DNA of 64,000 nucleotides from Raillietiella orientalis (lineage: Eukaryota). The stretch covers positions 3,596,001 to 3,660,000 of the forward strand of contig JAYWIR010000007.1 in assembly GCA_036172245.1 (NCBI GenBank), read 5' to 3'. The notes below the pieces were generated by a model that saw only the letters and a list, made by a program, of their open reading frames with translations, was not told the origin of the DNA and searched no databases. The position numbers and the translations under genes are program-made. This document shows positions 38,373 to 50,538 of this stretch, one piece after another (within the stretch, counting starts at the first letter, position 1; each line of letters begins with the position of its first letter).

Positions 38373-41300
38373 CCTCCCACCTTCCCCTGACTCCCGCCCC
38401 GAGTCTACCTGCTGGACCGCCTCTCCACCCCCTACGACGCCCTGATACGCCCATCCACCAGGAGCCATCTCCCAGCCTCTCTGTGATATCCTGGAGGAGG
38501 ACGCAGGCAGGAGAAGGAGCAGGCTGCGCTCCCTCGCCTCGGACCAGCCGCGACCCTTGCAGGCGGGACGGGAGGGGGGCAGAGTCGCTTCCTTGCCTCC
38601 TGTCCGCCGCTGGAGGGCGCTGCCACACGCCGCCGAGAATGCTGTCCCGGAAGGCCACGCGAGAGCAGCCTGCGTTTCCAGGGAACTCTGAAGAGCCCTC
38701 CACCCCCTTATCCCTCTCCCCTTCCATTTTCTCGCTTCGATGGGAGGAGACAACCCGGGCGTGGCGCCCCCCTCCAAGACGAGGAACCCCAAATTTCGAA
38801 AATAAAGGGAGCTCCTTTTTCCGAGTTGGTCGGATCGTAGGCTGGGAAGGAGACTGCGGTTTCGGAGGGTGGGGGATGGAAAACCCGGAGAGCGTTTGCG
38901 TCTCCTGTCCAAGGCAGCGGCCCTCCCAGGGAAGCCCCGCACGGCTCTCTTGCGTCAACTGGCTCCAGCCTCGACTGACCTCACGAACGAGCGACCCTGA
39001 ACTCCAAGGGGTTCAGACGACGCTGCGTTGTGGAGTGAGTGGGAATGGCGCTTCCTCCTTTCTCGGGGTGCCTATTCGCTCGCGGTGGGAGCGAGCAGGG
39101 GGGGGTGGGGGTGCTTCCCCCGCGTTCGGAGAATCCTCGCCGCTTCCTGCGCCTCCCTCTCGAGGAGCTTCCTGCTGGAGGACATCAACGTTCGCGAACC
39201 TTCCAGAGGGTTCGACAGACTTCTGGCGACGACCGATCCCCGTCAAGGAGGATTCCCGAAACCTTCCCCTTCACCCCCTTTCGGCTACGCACCTACGCGC
39301 GGGTAGTACTTCTGGAAAAGACGCGTTATCGATGCGGCGATGCTGCTGCCGCACGGTGTGACATCAGCTCAGCTCCCGCGGGCTCGTCGCAGGCGTTCCC
39401 ACAGGTTGAAGTTCCCACACGACGCAGCGAGAATTTCATACAGCCCCCGTTGGCATTAGACGAATGGAAGCGCACGTGCTGCCATCTCTGGACGATCGGA
39501 GGGAACGAGGGGGCGGGGAAAACGGCGCCATTCCTCAAGAAGGGGAAACGGCGCCGCTAGTGGGAACGGGAGATCGGGCAGACTAGAGCACCAACCTAAC
39601 CAGGGAAGAGGGCAAAATGAGGTCCCCGGAGCGAGCGCGTCTGCGGGTGGGTGAGATCTCTGCTTCCCCGGTGCGGAACCGGGCATCTGTCCATTCGTCA
39701 GATGGAGGTCCTTCCCCTCTCTGAGTAGGGCTAGTCCCTCGAGCGATCTGCATGGAAGGGAACGCTTTCGGATGAATTTTTCTCTGCGAATTTCTCGTCT
39801 ATGGGGGGGAGGGGTGTCCAGACCGTGAACGACTCCCGGGTTTATCGGTCGCAAGCACGAAAGAGTGCCACGGGGTACTACGCATCCTCCGAAGGACGTC
39901 GTTGAAGGAGCACGGCGAACTCTCGTCCAGAGATCTGACGAAACGGGCGAGAGACAGACCTTCCTGGAGAAAGCACCGTCCGCGTAGTAACCGAGCTGGA
40001 GGGACAGGCGCGCCGACAGGAGCCGCAGAGGTACTACTCAAGAGGGCGCATCGGTGGGGGGGGATGCAAGAGAAGAAAGCAGATCCGGAACGCCTCCCAC
40101 TTCGCCTTCCCACTTGGGGGGCGCAGGTCGCAGGCGAGGATGCCGGAGCAACCTTCGCCAAAGTCTGGGAAAGGAGGGCTCCCGGGGGAGGGACGCTTGG
40201 ACCGCGGCTTTCAGGTATCCGGCAATCAGGAGGGGGCAGAACGCTCGGATGGGGGAGCAGGAGGAGCACCCGGTGTGGAGGTCTCGTGGGTCGGTCCCGA
40301 CCAAGGCCGCGATTATCGGAAGGAAGCGAGAGCGTGATCATGGATGAACCTGCTTCCCGGAAGAGGCTGGAGCCCGCCTCGCGCCCACGGGTCTGTGCGG
40401 CTGCCCTACTGCTCCGAAGCAGCTCTCTTCCCGGAGGAGACCCGGCATGTCCTCTCCGAGAGTCTCCTGTCCTCCACAGAGCCTGGACTTCCTTGCCGCC
40501 TCTCGGAGGATCCCGGAAATTCCTTCCTCTCCTCCCTCTTGAAGCGGAAGAACGGGATTCCGGGACTTTCGAGTGGGGCATTCTTCCCTCGGGAGCGAGC
40601 GGCGCTTCGGCTTCCGCCCGCCGAGTCCTCCGTTGTCGGAATAATCCCGGAGGAAGGAATGGCTTGGTTCCCCCTCAAGCGACTTTTCCCGGCGTTTCCA
40701 GGCGACACCTCGGCCGCGCGCAGCCCTGGCTGCTCTCTGCGTCGCCGTCCTCCGGAACGGAGCCTCCGTCGCCACCGGACTCGGTTCTCGCGGGATTCTC
40801 CTTGGAGACGAGCGGTCGCCACCTTGACGACCAACCTGTGGGTATTCGCACTGAGACGGTCAGCGGGCGCTCTCCTCTGGGTATCCACAGACGGCTCGAT
40901 TCCGCGTAGCGACCGAAAAGCGACACAGCGGACTGCGGGAGACTTGAGGTCACGGGAGTTGCTCTCCAGCAGCCCGCTGCTCTGCCCGCTCCAGCCAGAA
41001 AGATCGGAGCTCCAAAGTGTGCCCAGGGCTCCAGCGCGCAAGCAGCAGCCCTCCCACAAGGTCTTCCCCATCCGGGCCTAGGCTTCGTTTTCGCAGAGGC
41101 TGCTTCCTCGCTGCAGGTCATCCGGAGAACCATGGCGTAGCAACGCCTTCAGGACGATCGAACAGGAAAAATCCCTGCCTGCGTGCCCCAAGGATCGCCC
41201 GCCACGCGGAGGCAAGATAGGCACTGAGTGCTTACGCGGCATCCTGACGAAACTCTCACAGATGCATTTGAAGAGAGCCTCTCCGTCCCTGGACCCACGA

Positions 41301-42923
41301 GGAGATTGGCTAACCGCTCCGCGCGCGGAAATTCCCACGCCCTCTTTTCAAATTCCCCTCCCCCAAGGAGGGATGAGGAGAGAGGACGCCCTCAGGGCTG
41401 ATGGACACCTCGGATGGTCTCCCAGCCCTCCGGCCGAAATATTCCCACGGAGGGAATGCCTCCCGAATTGGGACCAGGCAGCCGCAAGATGCGCGTTCAA
41501 CTCGAAACCTGCGAGGGGAAGGATGCTGGCCGGATCTGCTCGAACCTCATCAAACAGCCCCGCAATAAATGATCCCTGGTAATGGACTCTGGAGCACTGG
41601 AGGCGGGAGAAGTTTCTTCTGAGCGCCGAGTGTGGCTGCGGATTGAGGTGAGATCTTATATCCACCCCGGAGACGCACCCGTTCCTGCTGGGTTCTGCTG
41701 GCGTTGCCATCCGGACAGAGGAATTCCCTGAGAAAAGTGCAGGAAACAGGAATCCCTGTCAGATGGGAAAGGGAGAGATCCGGGTCCGGTAGAAGAAATG
41801 ATACCCCCCCCCTTCTGTGTCTTCATGTTGCCCGAACCTGAAGCTGCGGTAGAACGTGTAGGAGTGCCTGGATCCAGGCAGACTCGGGAAAAGTTTAGGT
41901 GGCACTGTGACATCAGTTCATCCTTAGTCTCGTGATCCCACAAACTCCCTCTTGCGTTCCAAGCAAGGGGAAATCAGAGGGAACGGGCGAGTGCTGGCGT
42001 CATTTCTCTGCGCACTCAGCACGGCAAGCAGCCAGGAACTCGCGTGGACTTTCGAGCGCCGGACCGGAAGAAATGGCAGGGAGACGGTCTCTGGAGAGGA
42101 TTAGAGGATCAGCTGCTTTTATCCCTTCGCTTTCAGCAGCGAATTTCTGCCTCCGTGCTCTCCTCTGGGGACCTCTTATCCCCCTGGATGTGCAGCAGCG
42201 TGTCGACTGTCAGACATGCGTGAAAGATTGCTGCCTTTCCTCTGAGGGAAGGCCTGCTGTCACATCAGAAACATTTCGAGCTATCCAAGAAAGTCACTTT
42301 TCGAAAGCTACAAACAAAATCAGATCGGGATGCTGGGCGTTGGTTGGCACCCCTCGGGGAGTTTCACTGGAGAAGCACCCCAACCAGTCTCTACTCAGAC
42401 TCACGGGAATGCTCTCATCCCTGGCAATGAGTTTCATCCCGAAATGATGCAAAGTCACAGGGTAAAGCCACTCCTTTCTTCGAGTGTTCCTACACTGCAC
42501 TGTTTCGAGCTGCTCTTCTCCAGCTACCAGAAGGAGGAACAGGATGAGCTTCTGCAAAAGTTGACTTCGGAAGACAACCGCGCGCAACCTTTCACTGTAC
42601 CGTGAGGCGAGAGGTGGCCATCCACATCTCAAAGGGCGTACCCGCTTGGAACGTGCTGAAAATGGGAAGAGATTACCCCGGCCTCGTTTGCGCTCCCTTT
42701 CTTGAGTGGACCCTTCTCAAAGTACGGATGATCTCAAGGACGCCTTGAGTATCTCGCTGTCCTTAGTTCGGCACAGAGAGAGCTGGAAGCTCCTTTCCAG
42801 CGCTGTGCAGCATGCAGTCTCACCCTTCCCCTGGTGATTCCGATACCCTCGTCTGATTCACACCTGCATCTCGTCTTGGTTCCTCTGATGAATCTTCGAA
42901 GTTTCTTCTTGTCTGTCGGTCGG

Positions 42924-42983
42924 ATCTCCTTTTTGATATTTCGAGACATCGAATCAGGTGTCTCGAAATATCAAAAAGAAGAT
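42924..42983. other. 60-nt near-perfect hairpin (27-bp arms, 6-nt loop)
   Basis: ATCTCCTTTTTGATATTTCGAGACATC-GAATCA-GGTGTCTCGAAATATCAAAAAGAAGAT: 25 of 27 pairs Watson-Crick, plus one G-U and one mismatch on the + strand. Confidence 0.85.
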
Positions 42984-43149
42984 TTCGTTCGGATTCTGCT
43001 TGCTTTTGCCTTCTTCCTTGCAGCACGGCAAGGATGAATAGCGAAGAATAAAGCAGCCGTCCGCATCGACTTCCCGAAGGAGTGCTTGAAATATGCACGC
43101 ACTTCAGATCAAAGATGGCCATTTTCCTTAGTATTCTTGTTGGTTCCCT

Positions 43150-43800
43150 AGCTGCATAGTGTATGGTGATGAAGTGCAGATCTTCCTGCAAACTTTTCAA
43201 AATTCTTTGGCTCCGGTGGAGGCAGCCATTGACGAAGTGAAGAATTAGCGCCACAAGACATGTTTCTTGCCCATAATGAGAAACCCACCAAGATCTGTGC
43301 ACAGTCATGATGCAAGATGAGGAACAGATTGCACACATTCTCGTTTCCTTAGAGACTGAATGCTGGGACTGGAAACCGATGCGTCCGGACTCACTGTCGA
43401 AGACGAACTATTGAGTCCCAAAAAATATTGACACAAGTCAGAAAAGTTCACTTCCAACAGTCCAAGACTAAATGTTCTCCATCGGAATTCTGGAACACAT
43501 AGATCTCTGTAGGGATCTTTTTTGTAGCACTGACGTCAACGAGGTGGGGCAGATCTTCCGTCTTACGACTGACAAGGGGTCATGATGGAGGTCTCTTTAG
43601 GTTCATAAAAAGTACTTTCCCTCAATGCAACTTTCTGCCTCACCTTCTGTGACCATTGCAAAGGCACGAAGAGTGTTGAGATAGGAATCTGTAATGACAG
43701 TCTTCAGGAAATCAACATGATTTTTTTGAAAAAGGTGGACTTTCTGTCCCCCTGATTTAGATCTTGCATAGAAAGATTCAGTCGTTCTAGACTTCACCGA
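43150..43800 (-). mobile_element. Possible decayed Mutator-like (MULE) transposase fragment
   Basis: RTTESFYARSK...NHVDFLKTVITDSYL resembles the MULE TxNxxESF catalytic-Glu region, followed by Cys/His remnants that could be a SWIM finger; many stops. Confidence 0.25.
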
Positions 43801-44889
43801 AAAAACCTAGCGAAAGTTCACTGAAGACCAACGGTAAACCCAACTGAGCAGAAGTGCGCCGACGCCAATGGATTTTGAACGTACGAGCCACCATCCCTTC
43901 GAGAAAATTCTACGATTCCCTAGGGCAAAACGCTGAAACAGTCCTCATTCCAAAAACAGCAGAAGCATGGCAAGCAAATAGGACCATGTGAGTTGCAGAT
44001 TGCAGATTCTGAACGCTAGACTGGGCCCTTGTACGCTTCTTTCTGCACATCCCCCCAGCAAGCACGCATCACAACAAGTCACGCATCGTGAGCTCTCATC
44101 TCCCGCGTTATGTAGAGCAGAGCGTGGTGCTCTCAACGTGGCTCAGCCTCGAGCCACATGGGTTCAAGGCCTTCAAATAGTGGTCTCCAGAGGAAGTAGA
44201 GGCAATCGTATGCCTCTTCCTCTGCAGGGGCGCTTCCCATATCTGTGCATGCCGTGCTGTTCCAGACAAGCAGCTGCGGCAAAGTGCCGCGCGTCAAGGA
44301 AACAGGCGGACGTCAGGGTATGACGAGAAGCAGCTTGCAAAGCATTTAAGCTCTCGATCCGAGGATTCCACACACACCACGAAGAAGAGAGCAGTTGCTC
44401 ATCCTCGAAAAGACTCGTTGCTATGGAGGGGCAGTGCTGCCCTTAGATGAAGGTCAGCACATAAATCGGAGGATGGCCAGCGTCGAAAGGTTTTCGGTGC
44501 ACGGAAAATGAGACCAATTTGCATTGCGAGAGGGAACGGAAGTGACGTAGAGCAGCATCGAAGAAGTAGGCAAGGGATTTCAAAAATAAGCCCGCCTCAG
44601 AATTGGTTTCCGAAGTAAGGTATTAAAGGGTGCAATGGGCCGACGTTTCGGCAGAGACGCGCTTTCGAGATGGAAGATGCTTGTGCGGAAGACCACTCGG
44701 GTTGTGATCCGTCGACTTGCATCGGCATGGAAACGAAGCACAACCGTGCAGCCACATGGGGGACGCACCGTTTTCTGACCTGCAGCCAATCCAGCAGTCG
44801 GTGACTCCCATCTGGCGGCAGGAAGACATCGGCGTGGGGAAAAGCTGAGCTACCATGGAAACTGGAGAGGGAACATTACGCTCTCGACT

Positions 44890-46020
44890 TTTTGTTTTTC
44901 AGAGAATCAGCATCGTATCAGAGACCACCTTTCTCACTTGAGTAAGACGCTTCGGGTGTTACTCATGGAGATGGATCCTATGTTGCGAGGAGCAGGAACG
45001 CTGTTGTTGCTTTTGGAGTAGGACAAGTGGTTCCCGAACTTAGCGTGGCGAAATGTTTGGCGCCAGAAGTGAAGCATGAGTGGACTTGCCGGTTCTGCAG
45101 TGATGATGCGCCACTGCATACGTGAGGGGCAAAGTCCAGCCAGCATTCCGAGCTGCCGTTTCGAGATGACCCCGCACAAGGTAAACTTTCGCTCCCTCAG
45201 GACGACCTGAGAGAAAATCCACGTGGATGTCTCGGTGGGCAGTGAGGATGCCGAAGAGAACTTCTGTCGAAAGGTCTTCACATCGGTCGCGCTACCGGGA
45301 CCACGGCGTGGTGATGGACGTTCACTTCGTCGGTGGACGGAAAGCAAGTTTTCGGGAGAGCCGAGCAGATGGCCGGCACTGACGAGAGACTGGGCACATC
45401 CTCTTGGACAACCGTCCAAAGAGAATGGTCCGTCTCCGTTCTTTCTCGGAAAAGAAAAATTGCGCATGCCGGTGAGCTTCTTATCTGAACCAGTGCGAAG
45501 CCGGAGGGGGGTCCGCACGAACCAACAGGAACTCAGAAAGGGGCTTCGCCACGCACCAGTGGAGGCCCCGAAGCTACGGGCGCCTCACCAACGGGAGCCC
45601 AGAGGCAGTCTGCGCGCACCTGCCGGGTAGCTGGAGAACCCAAGCGCCCGCAAGTTGCCAGGCTGTTCTTTTCGATATCTGATCCTTGGGCAGCCCAGGA
45701 ATGCCAGTGGAAGAGCTCGGCTTTCCCCCGTTGAGAATCCGAAGCCTGCACCGGGATGGGGGAATGGGTGCCCGATTATACCCTATGACGCCTTGGATTC
45801 TGCGGCCATACCCCAAGGAGTTTTCTGTAGATTACCTGGACGGCTCACCCGGAGCTGCGGAAGACAGGTTCAGTAACCACTTGAGGGATGTGCAGCAGCA
45901 CCGATGCGCTCCGCTTGAGCGCCGTCCTCCTCCCCCCCTTTTCTCCCGCCAAACATTTCGGCAACAGGTGTTTCCGAAGGTTTCGAATTCGCCTGGATGC
46001 TGCCCCTGCTGATGGAAGAT
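44890..46020 (+). mobile_element. Decayed PIF/Harbinger (DDE_Tnp_4, HARBI1-like) transposase
   Basis: Collinear degenerate motifs across frames: FSEN..RI..HLSKTL (~44895), DWAHP..PSKEN..FF.GK (~45390), KLPGCS.DI (~45650), YPMTPWILRPYP...EDRFSNHL (45778-45885), FG...RFRI (~45960). Stops and frameshifts throughout. Confidence 0.55.
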
Positions 46021-49000
46021 GGCAGGACATCAATGCATGTCAGATGTGATAAATGATGGCGAGAACCCGCGACCTGTTGAGGCTGATGGAACCCGTCGTT
46101 TCCCGATTGTTGGATGGATGTCGGCCGAGATGCCCGTCGCGTTCCTTGGGGGGTCTGCCGCCGCTGCGAGCGGCTCACCGGACTCTCGGGGGATGCACCT
46201 GGACGCTGAGCTGCCCGCAGCTTCCCGTCTGCGGCAAACGCAAACGATTTCTTGAGTGGAGCGGGAGACTCCAAACCCTTTCCCTGTCCGCTGGGTCTCT
46301 TGTGGGGTCACCTGCTCCCCTCCGTCGTCCGGAATTCGATTTCGTGGGACAAACGGATGCTCGGATCTCTATGCCGCCTTTCTTCCCACGCTGTCTCCCT
46401 CCTCGCTTATCCCTTTCCATGTGAACCCATTGCCGAAATCGTGGCGGGCGTGTCTCTCCCGAGCGCATCGCGGGAGAGCGCGCGCGCCGCCACCTCATCA
46501 TCAGCTTCGTCGAAAGTTTTTGACTGAGCTCTGTGGAAGCTCCCTGTTCCGGTCGCTTCCCGTTTCCTTCCGGAATTCAGTCCGCGGCATGGACCTTCGG
46601 GCACCATCCCGTGATCTCTTCTGACACCAATCTGAATATTCCCTTGCCCAGGGACGCAGCGGAGGAACTCCCCCGCAACCATCGCTCTCTCCGAAAGATC
46701 GGCCTCTCCCTGCATCCCCGGAAACGTTCGCGGTTGCATTCCTGCGTGCTTCCCGGGACCTCCCTTCGCTGCCGCCTGCCCCGTGAGCAGTCTGTGGGAC
46801 TCCTTCACTGCGCGGGCTCCTCTGGGATTTGGCAAATCGGTGAGTGATCCTCCGCTCCGGGAGCTGTTTTTTTCCAGGTCGGCGTCGAACTGGAGACGGT
46901 GTGTTTATCCGAAGGGTCCCCTCTTCGTCGGAACCTTCACGAATTTCGGGAAAAAGTCTCCCACTCTGTCGCGCGTCTCGTCGACGTGCCCGAAGCGGCC
47001 CGCCGCGCATCGTCCGACGAGGTCTCCGCAAGCTCTCCTGTCGGCAAATCCCCAAGCATCCCCCGGACCTCTGCAGAAGCATCTCGGTGGTCAGGAGGAG
47101 GCCAATTCGCGGACTGCCTTTGTCCTCACAGCATTCTCCTGCACAGAGCTTCCACGCGAACGGAAAGGGAGCGGCCGGAGGAGTTTCCAAGGCACCTCGC
47201 CCGCAGAGAGCCTTGTCGCTACGGGCAGGCGGAGGTGGACGGAAGGAAAGAGAAAGCGAGACACAGGCAAGGGCGGATTTGGGAAGGGACGAACCTTTCC
47301 TTCCCCGCTCACCTCGGATCTCCACTGCTATCCGGGTCTTCCCTTTAGCCATATTGGCAGCACGTCGCACCGCGTTCTCCAGGTTCGGTCCGCGGAGCTC
47401 TTGCGGTCGGCCTCTGCACGCGCCATCTCGGAGTGGCTCTGGCGGGCAGGTTCAGATCGGTGACCCCGGACTCTTCCTCAACCTATGGCGGGAGTGCGGA
47501 GGGGCTGTCGAGTTGGTGTTTCAAAGCGAAGGGACACGCTGCCCGCTTCCTGCGGGAGAGGCACCCGGTGAATGGAAGGAATCTCGGGGTATCGCGTTTT
47601 CTCCCCTCCCTCCTCGAGAGTACTTGCCTGCCGAAGACTGGGGAGGGACCACACGGCAGCCCTGCTGGCCCGAGGACGCTACAGCATCCCAGAAGGACGA
47701 GCAAGGTCACTCCGACCAGGCTCGCGGGCGCCTCCCATCCGTGCGACTCCCGCCCACACTCTGAGAGTGTGCCTCCCCGAAGATGCCTTCATGTTAGACC
47801 GGGTCCTCAAGAGCGCTCGGATTCGGGCGCAGACGACGCGCAGGCGCGCCCGGGGGGGAGAGCCGGGAGCCTCCGGGAGGGCTTACTGAACCCGGTCGGT
47901 TCAGAGACGCTGCGCTCCCGCGAGCCCAAGAGAGGCCTTCGAGCGAGGCATCGTCCGGGAATCACCCGCTAGCCAGGCGGCGGCGGAAGGACGCGCCTTC
48001 GAGGCGATCTCCGGAGGACGCTTTCCCCTCCCCAACTGCCTGTGTGCTCCTGGCCTCTATCCCTCTTCCTCCTTTTTTCCTCCTCGCGGGACGACCCGCG
48101 CGCTGGAGCCCACAGGAGACTGTGGGAGCGGGAGTCTCTTTCGTAATCGCCAGAGGTTTCAGGAGGAACCTGAGCTGTGGGGTGGGACCCCCTCTTTCCC
48201 CTCCCTCTCTTTAGAGGGAGATTTCCGAGGAAGGGTCTCCCGGTTCTCCGGCGGATGACGCGGGTCTGCTTTCTGTTGCGTTCTGCTGGCGCTGCGGGTT
48301 TTTCTGCCGACTGGTCCATTCGGGAGCTTCGATTCTGCAACCCCCGCGGAATCGTTTACTAGGCATCATCGATTTCATCTCCGCCTTCCTCCTCCTCCCG
48401 CCACCGCCGTTGAAGCGCCTCTTGCCTGCGTTCCTGCACCTCCGGGAGCTCTCCGTGAAGTCATTGTCGCTGGAACGGAGTGGTCTCCCTGGCAGGTGGG
48501 TCGGTCCCGCCGACCTCGCTGCGCCGCCAAGAGCGCGTACATCGGGGGACGACAACCAGGAACGAATCGGAAGGACACAGCTCGACGAGTGTAGCGTAGA
48601 ATGGATAATGGTGGTGGGAAGGTATGGAGGAGCTCTCTCCCTGCCTGATCATCCGACCGTGAGCGCGCCAACTCCTCCCTCGCCGCTCCCTTGGCGAACC
48701 AAACGCGGGAGCGAGCGATCGAAGCTGCCAGCGGGGCTCGCGAGCGTAGAAGGTCGAGCGGACTTTTTTTAGAGGTGCGGAATCACCTGTTGCACGGAGG
48801 GAGGGAGAGACGAAATGAAGCGACACTTGGGATCTGGGCCGAGAGGCTCCGACGCGGAGTGGGTCCGTTCCGAGTCCCCGTGCCTTCCGTACACGCGACG
48901 GGGACGAAGGGAGACGGAGTAGGTCGGATCCCATAGACCCTTCCGCAGAACCTGATCCCACTCGTTCCGACTCGGAAATGGCCCTCGAAACGTTCCTCCT

Positions 49001-49334
49001 CGCCTCCGGAACTTCCGAAGAGTCCTGGAGCGATTTCTCCTGGAGCCGGCGAGATTCCCGTTTTTAGCTCGTGCCGTGCAGGGAACGGGGATCCCGTCCG
49101 CGTATCAGTCTGCGAGGGGATGATTCCAGACATCCCATGTGGAAACGAGGAGAAAGAGAGAGAGAGAAAAAAAGGCTCCACCGCCTTCTCATCCCAAAGT
49201 GGCAAAGCGTCCTCTTTCTCTCCTTGCCCGAGATCTCTCCGCCAGCTGCAGAGACCGGGAGGCGCGCGCGCGCGCGAATCTCCAGGAGGCGAGTTTCCTA
49301 GCAACCACATTTCGAGCAAGCTTTCTTCCGCCGC

Positions 49335-49340
49335 TTTATT
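49335..49340 (-). terminator. AATAAA poly(A) signal of the Kazal gene
   Basis: TTTATT on the + strand, about 60 nt downstream of the stop at 49401-49403. Confidence 0.6.
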
Positions 49341-49400
49341 TTGGGGACCCGTCCGTTCCTCCTCCTCTCCTCCACTCCCGTCGTACTCGTTCCGGGAGCG

Positions 49401-50490
49401 TCAGTCGTCGCATGAGACTGATGGGGGGCACGGTTCTACCCCTTCGCACTCCTGCGTCGCGGAGCAGGAAGCGTTCCTCAAGATCTTGTCGGAAGAGATC
49501 ACAAAGGTCTTCTCCAGGGAGCAGGTGCCTTTGTGCGCGACGAAGATGGGCTTTCCCGTCAGGCAGACTTCCACGCCGAGAGAGCAGGCGTTGGGGTAGT
49601 TCTTCCCGTTGGTGGCACACACGGGCTCAAACACCTCCGAGCAGTAGGTGTGGCAGATGCATCTGAACTTGTCGTCGTCCGTTATGACGCACGCCTGGTG
49701 GGGCAGGCACGGGGCGTGAGTGACTTCGAGGCAAAAGTCCGGAACCGTCAGCGCTGCGAGGAACCGCGGTCAGCAGGGCGGGCCGGGCGGGCGGCGGCGT
49801 GGGACGCACTCCTTACCGAACAGGGGCTTGCTGCAGGGGCCAAGGTACAGAGGCTGGATGAAGCGCGAGTACAGGCAGGAAGCCCTCTGCATCTCGCAGA
49901 GGTTGCTGTAGGTGGCGCCGTCTGATCCGCACATGGACGTGTTCTGTGCCGGGCACGGGTAGCAGTAGCAGTCGGTCACCCCTTCGAACTTCTCGCACTG
50001 GCTGAAGAAGGCGCAGAGGTTTCTGGAACAGTTGACTGAAACGACAACAGCAGCAGCAGAGACGGGGGAGTTCCTGCTCTCTCCGGCGCCGCGTCGGCCA
50101 CAAACCTGCACCCGCCGGATCGTCGGAAGACCCTGACGCTTGCGCTTTCGCCTTGGACACCTTGATGACTATGGGCTTCTTGAGGGACTGCGCCGCTCTG
50201 TAGGGGGAGAACGGCAGGTCCTCCGGACGGATGAAGGGACCTTCCTCCGCCCAGGTCGGCGCACTGGGAGTGAGGGGCCCGCTTCCCGAATCGTTGGCGG
50301 TGCAGCCCTTGGTAGCCGTCGTGGGAGCCTCGGTGCTTTGCGCCTGCTTCCCTCCGGATTCGCTCTGGTCGGGAACGTCTTTGGTCAGCGACTGGCTGCT
50401 CTCCTCCTCCTCAGAGCTCAACTGCTCGAGTGCCAACGCCGGGAGCAGGCAGACCACGGCTGCGAGAGAGAGGATCGATCCTGGCAACAT
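49401..50490 (-). CDS. Secreted protein with two follistatin-N/Kazal modules (agrin/follistatin-like), 3 exons, 318 aa
   Basis: Exons 50490-50106, 50035-49817 and 49753-49401 with phase-1 GT-AG introns of 70 and 63 nt. Signal peptide MLPGSILSLAAVVCLLPALA, an S/T/E/P-rich linker, and Kazal motifs MCGSDGATYSNLCEMQRASC...YLGPC and VCATNGKNYPNACSLGVEVC...HKGTC. Confidence 0.88.
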
Positions 50491-50530
50491 CGTGTCAGCA
50501 CTTTGCAAAGCTCGAGATGCCTCGGTGCCA

Positions 50531-50538
50531 TATTTATA
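50531..50538 (-). promoter_or_regulatory. TATA box (TATAAATA) of the Kazal gene
   Basis: Minus-strand TATAAATA about 40 nt upstream of the ATG, an isolated AT island in GC-rich DNA. Confidence 0.6.
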
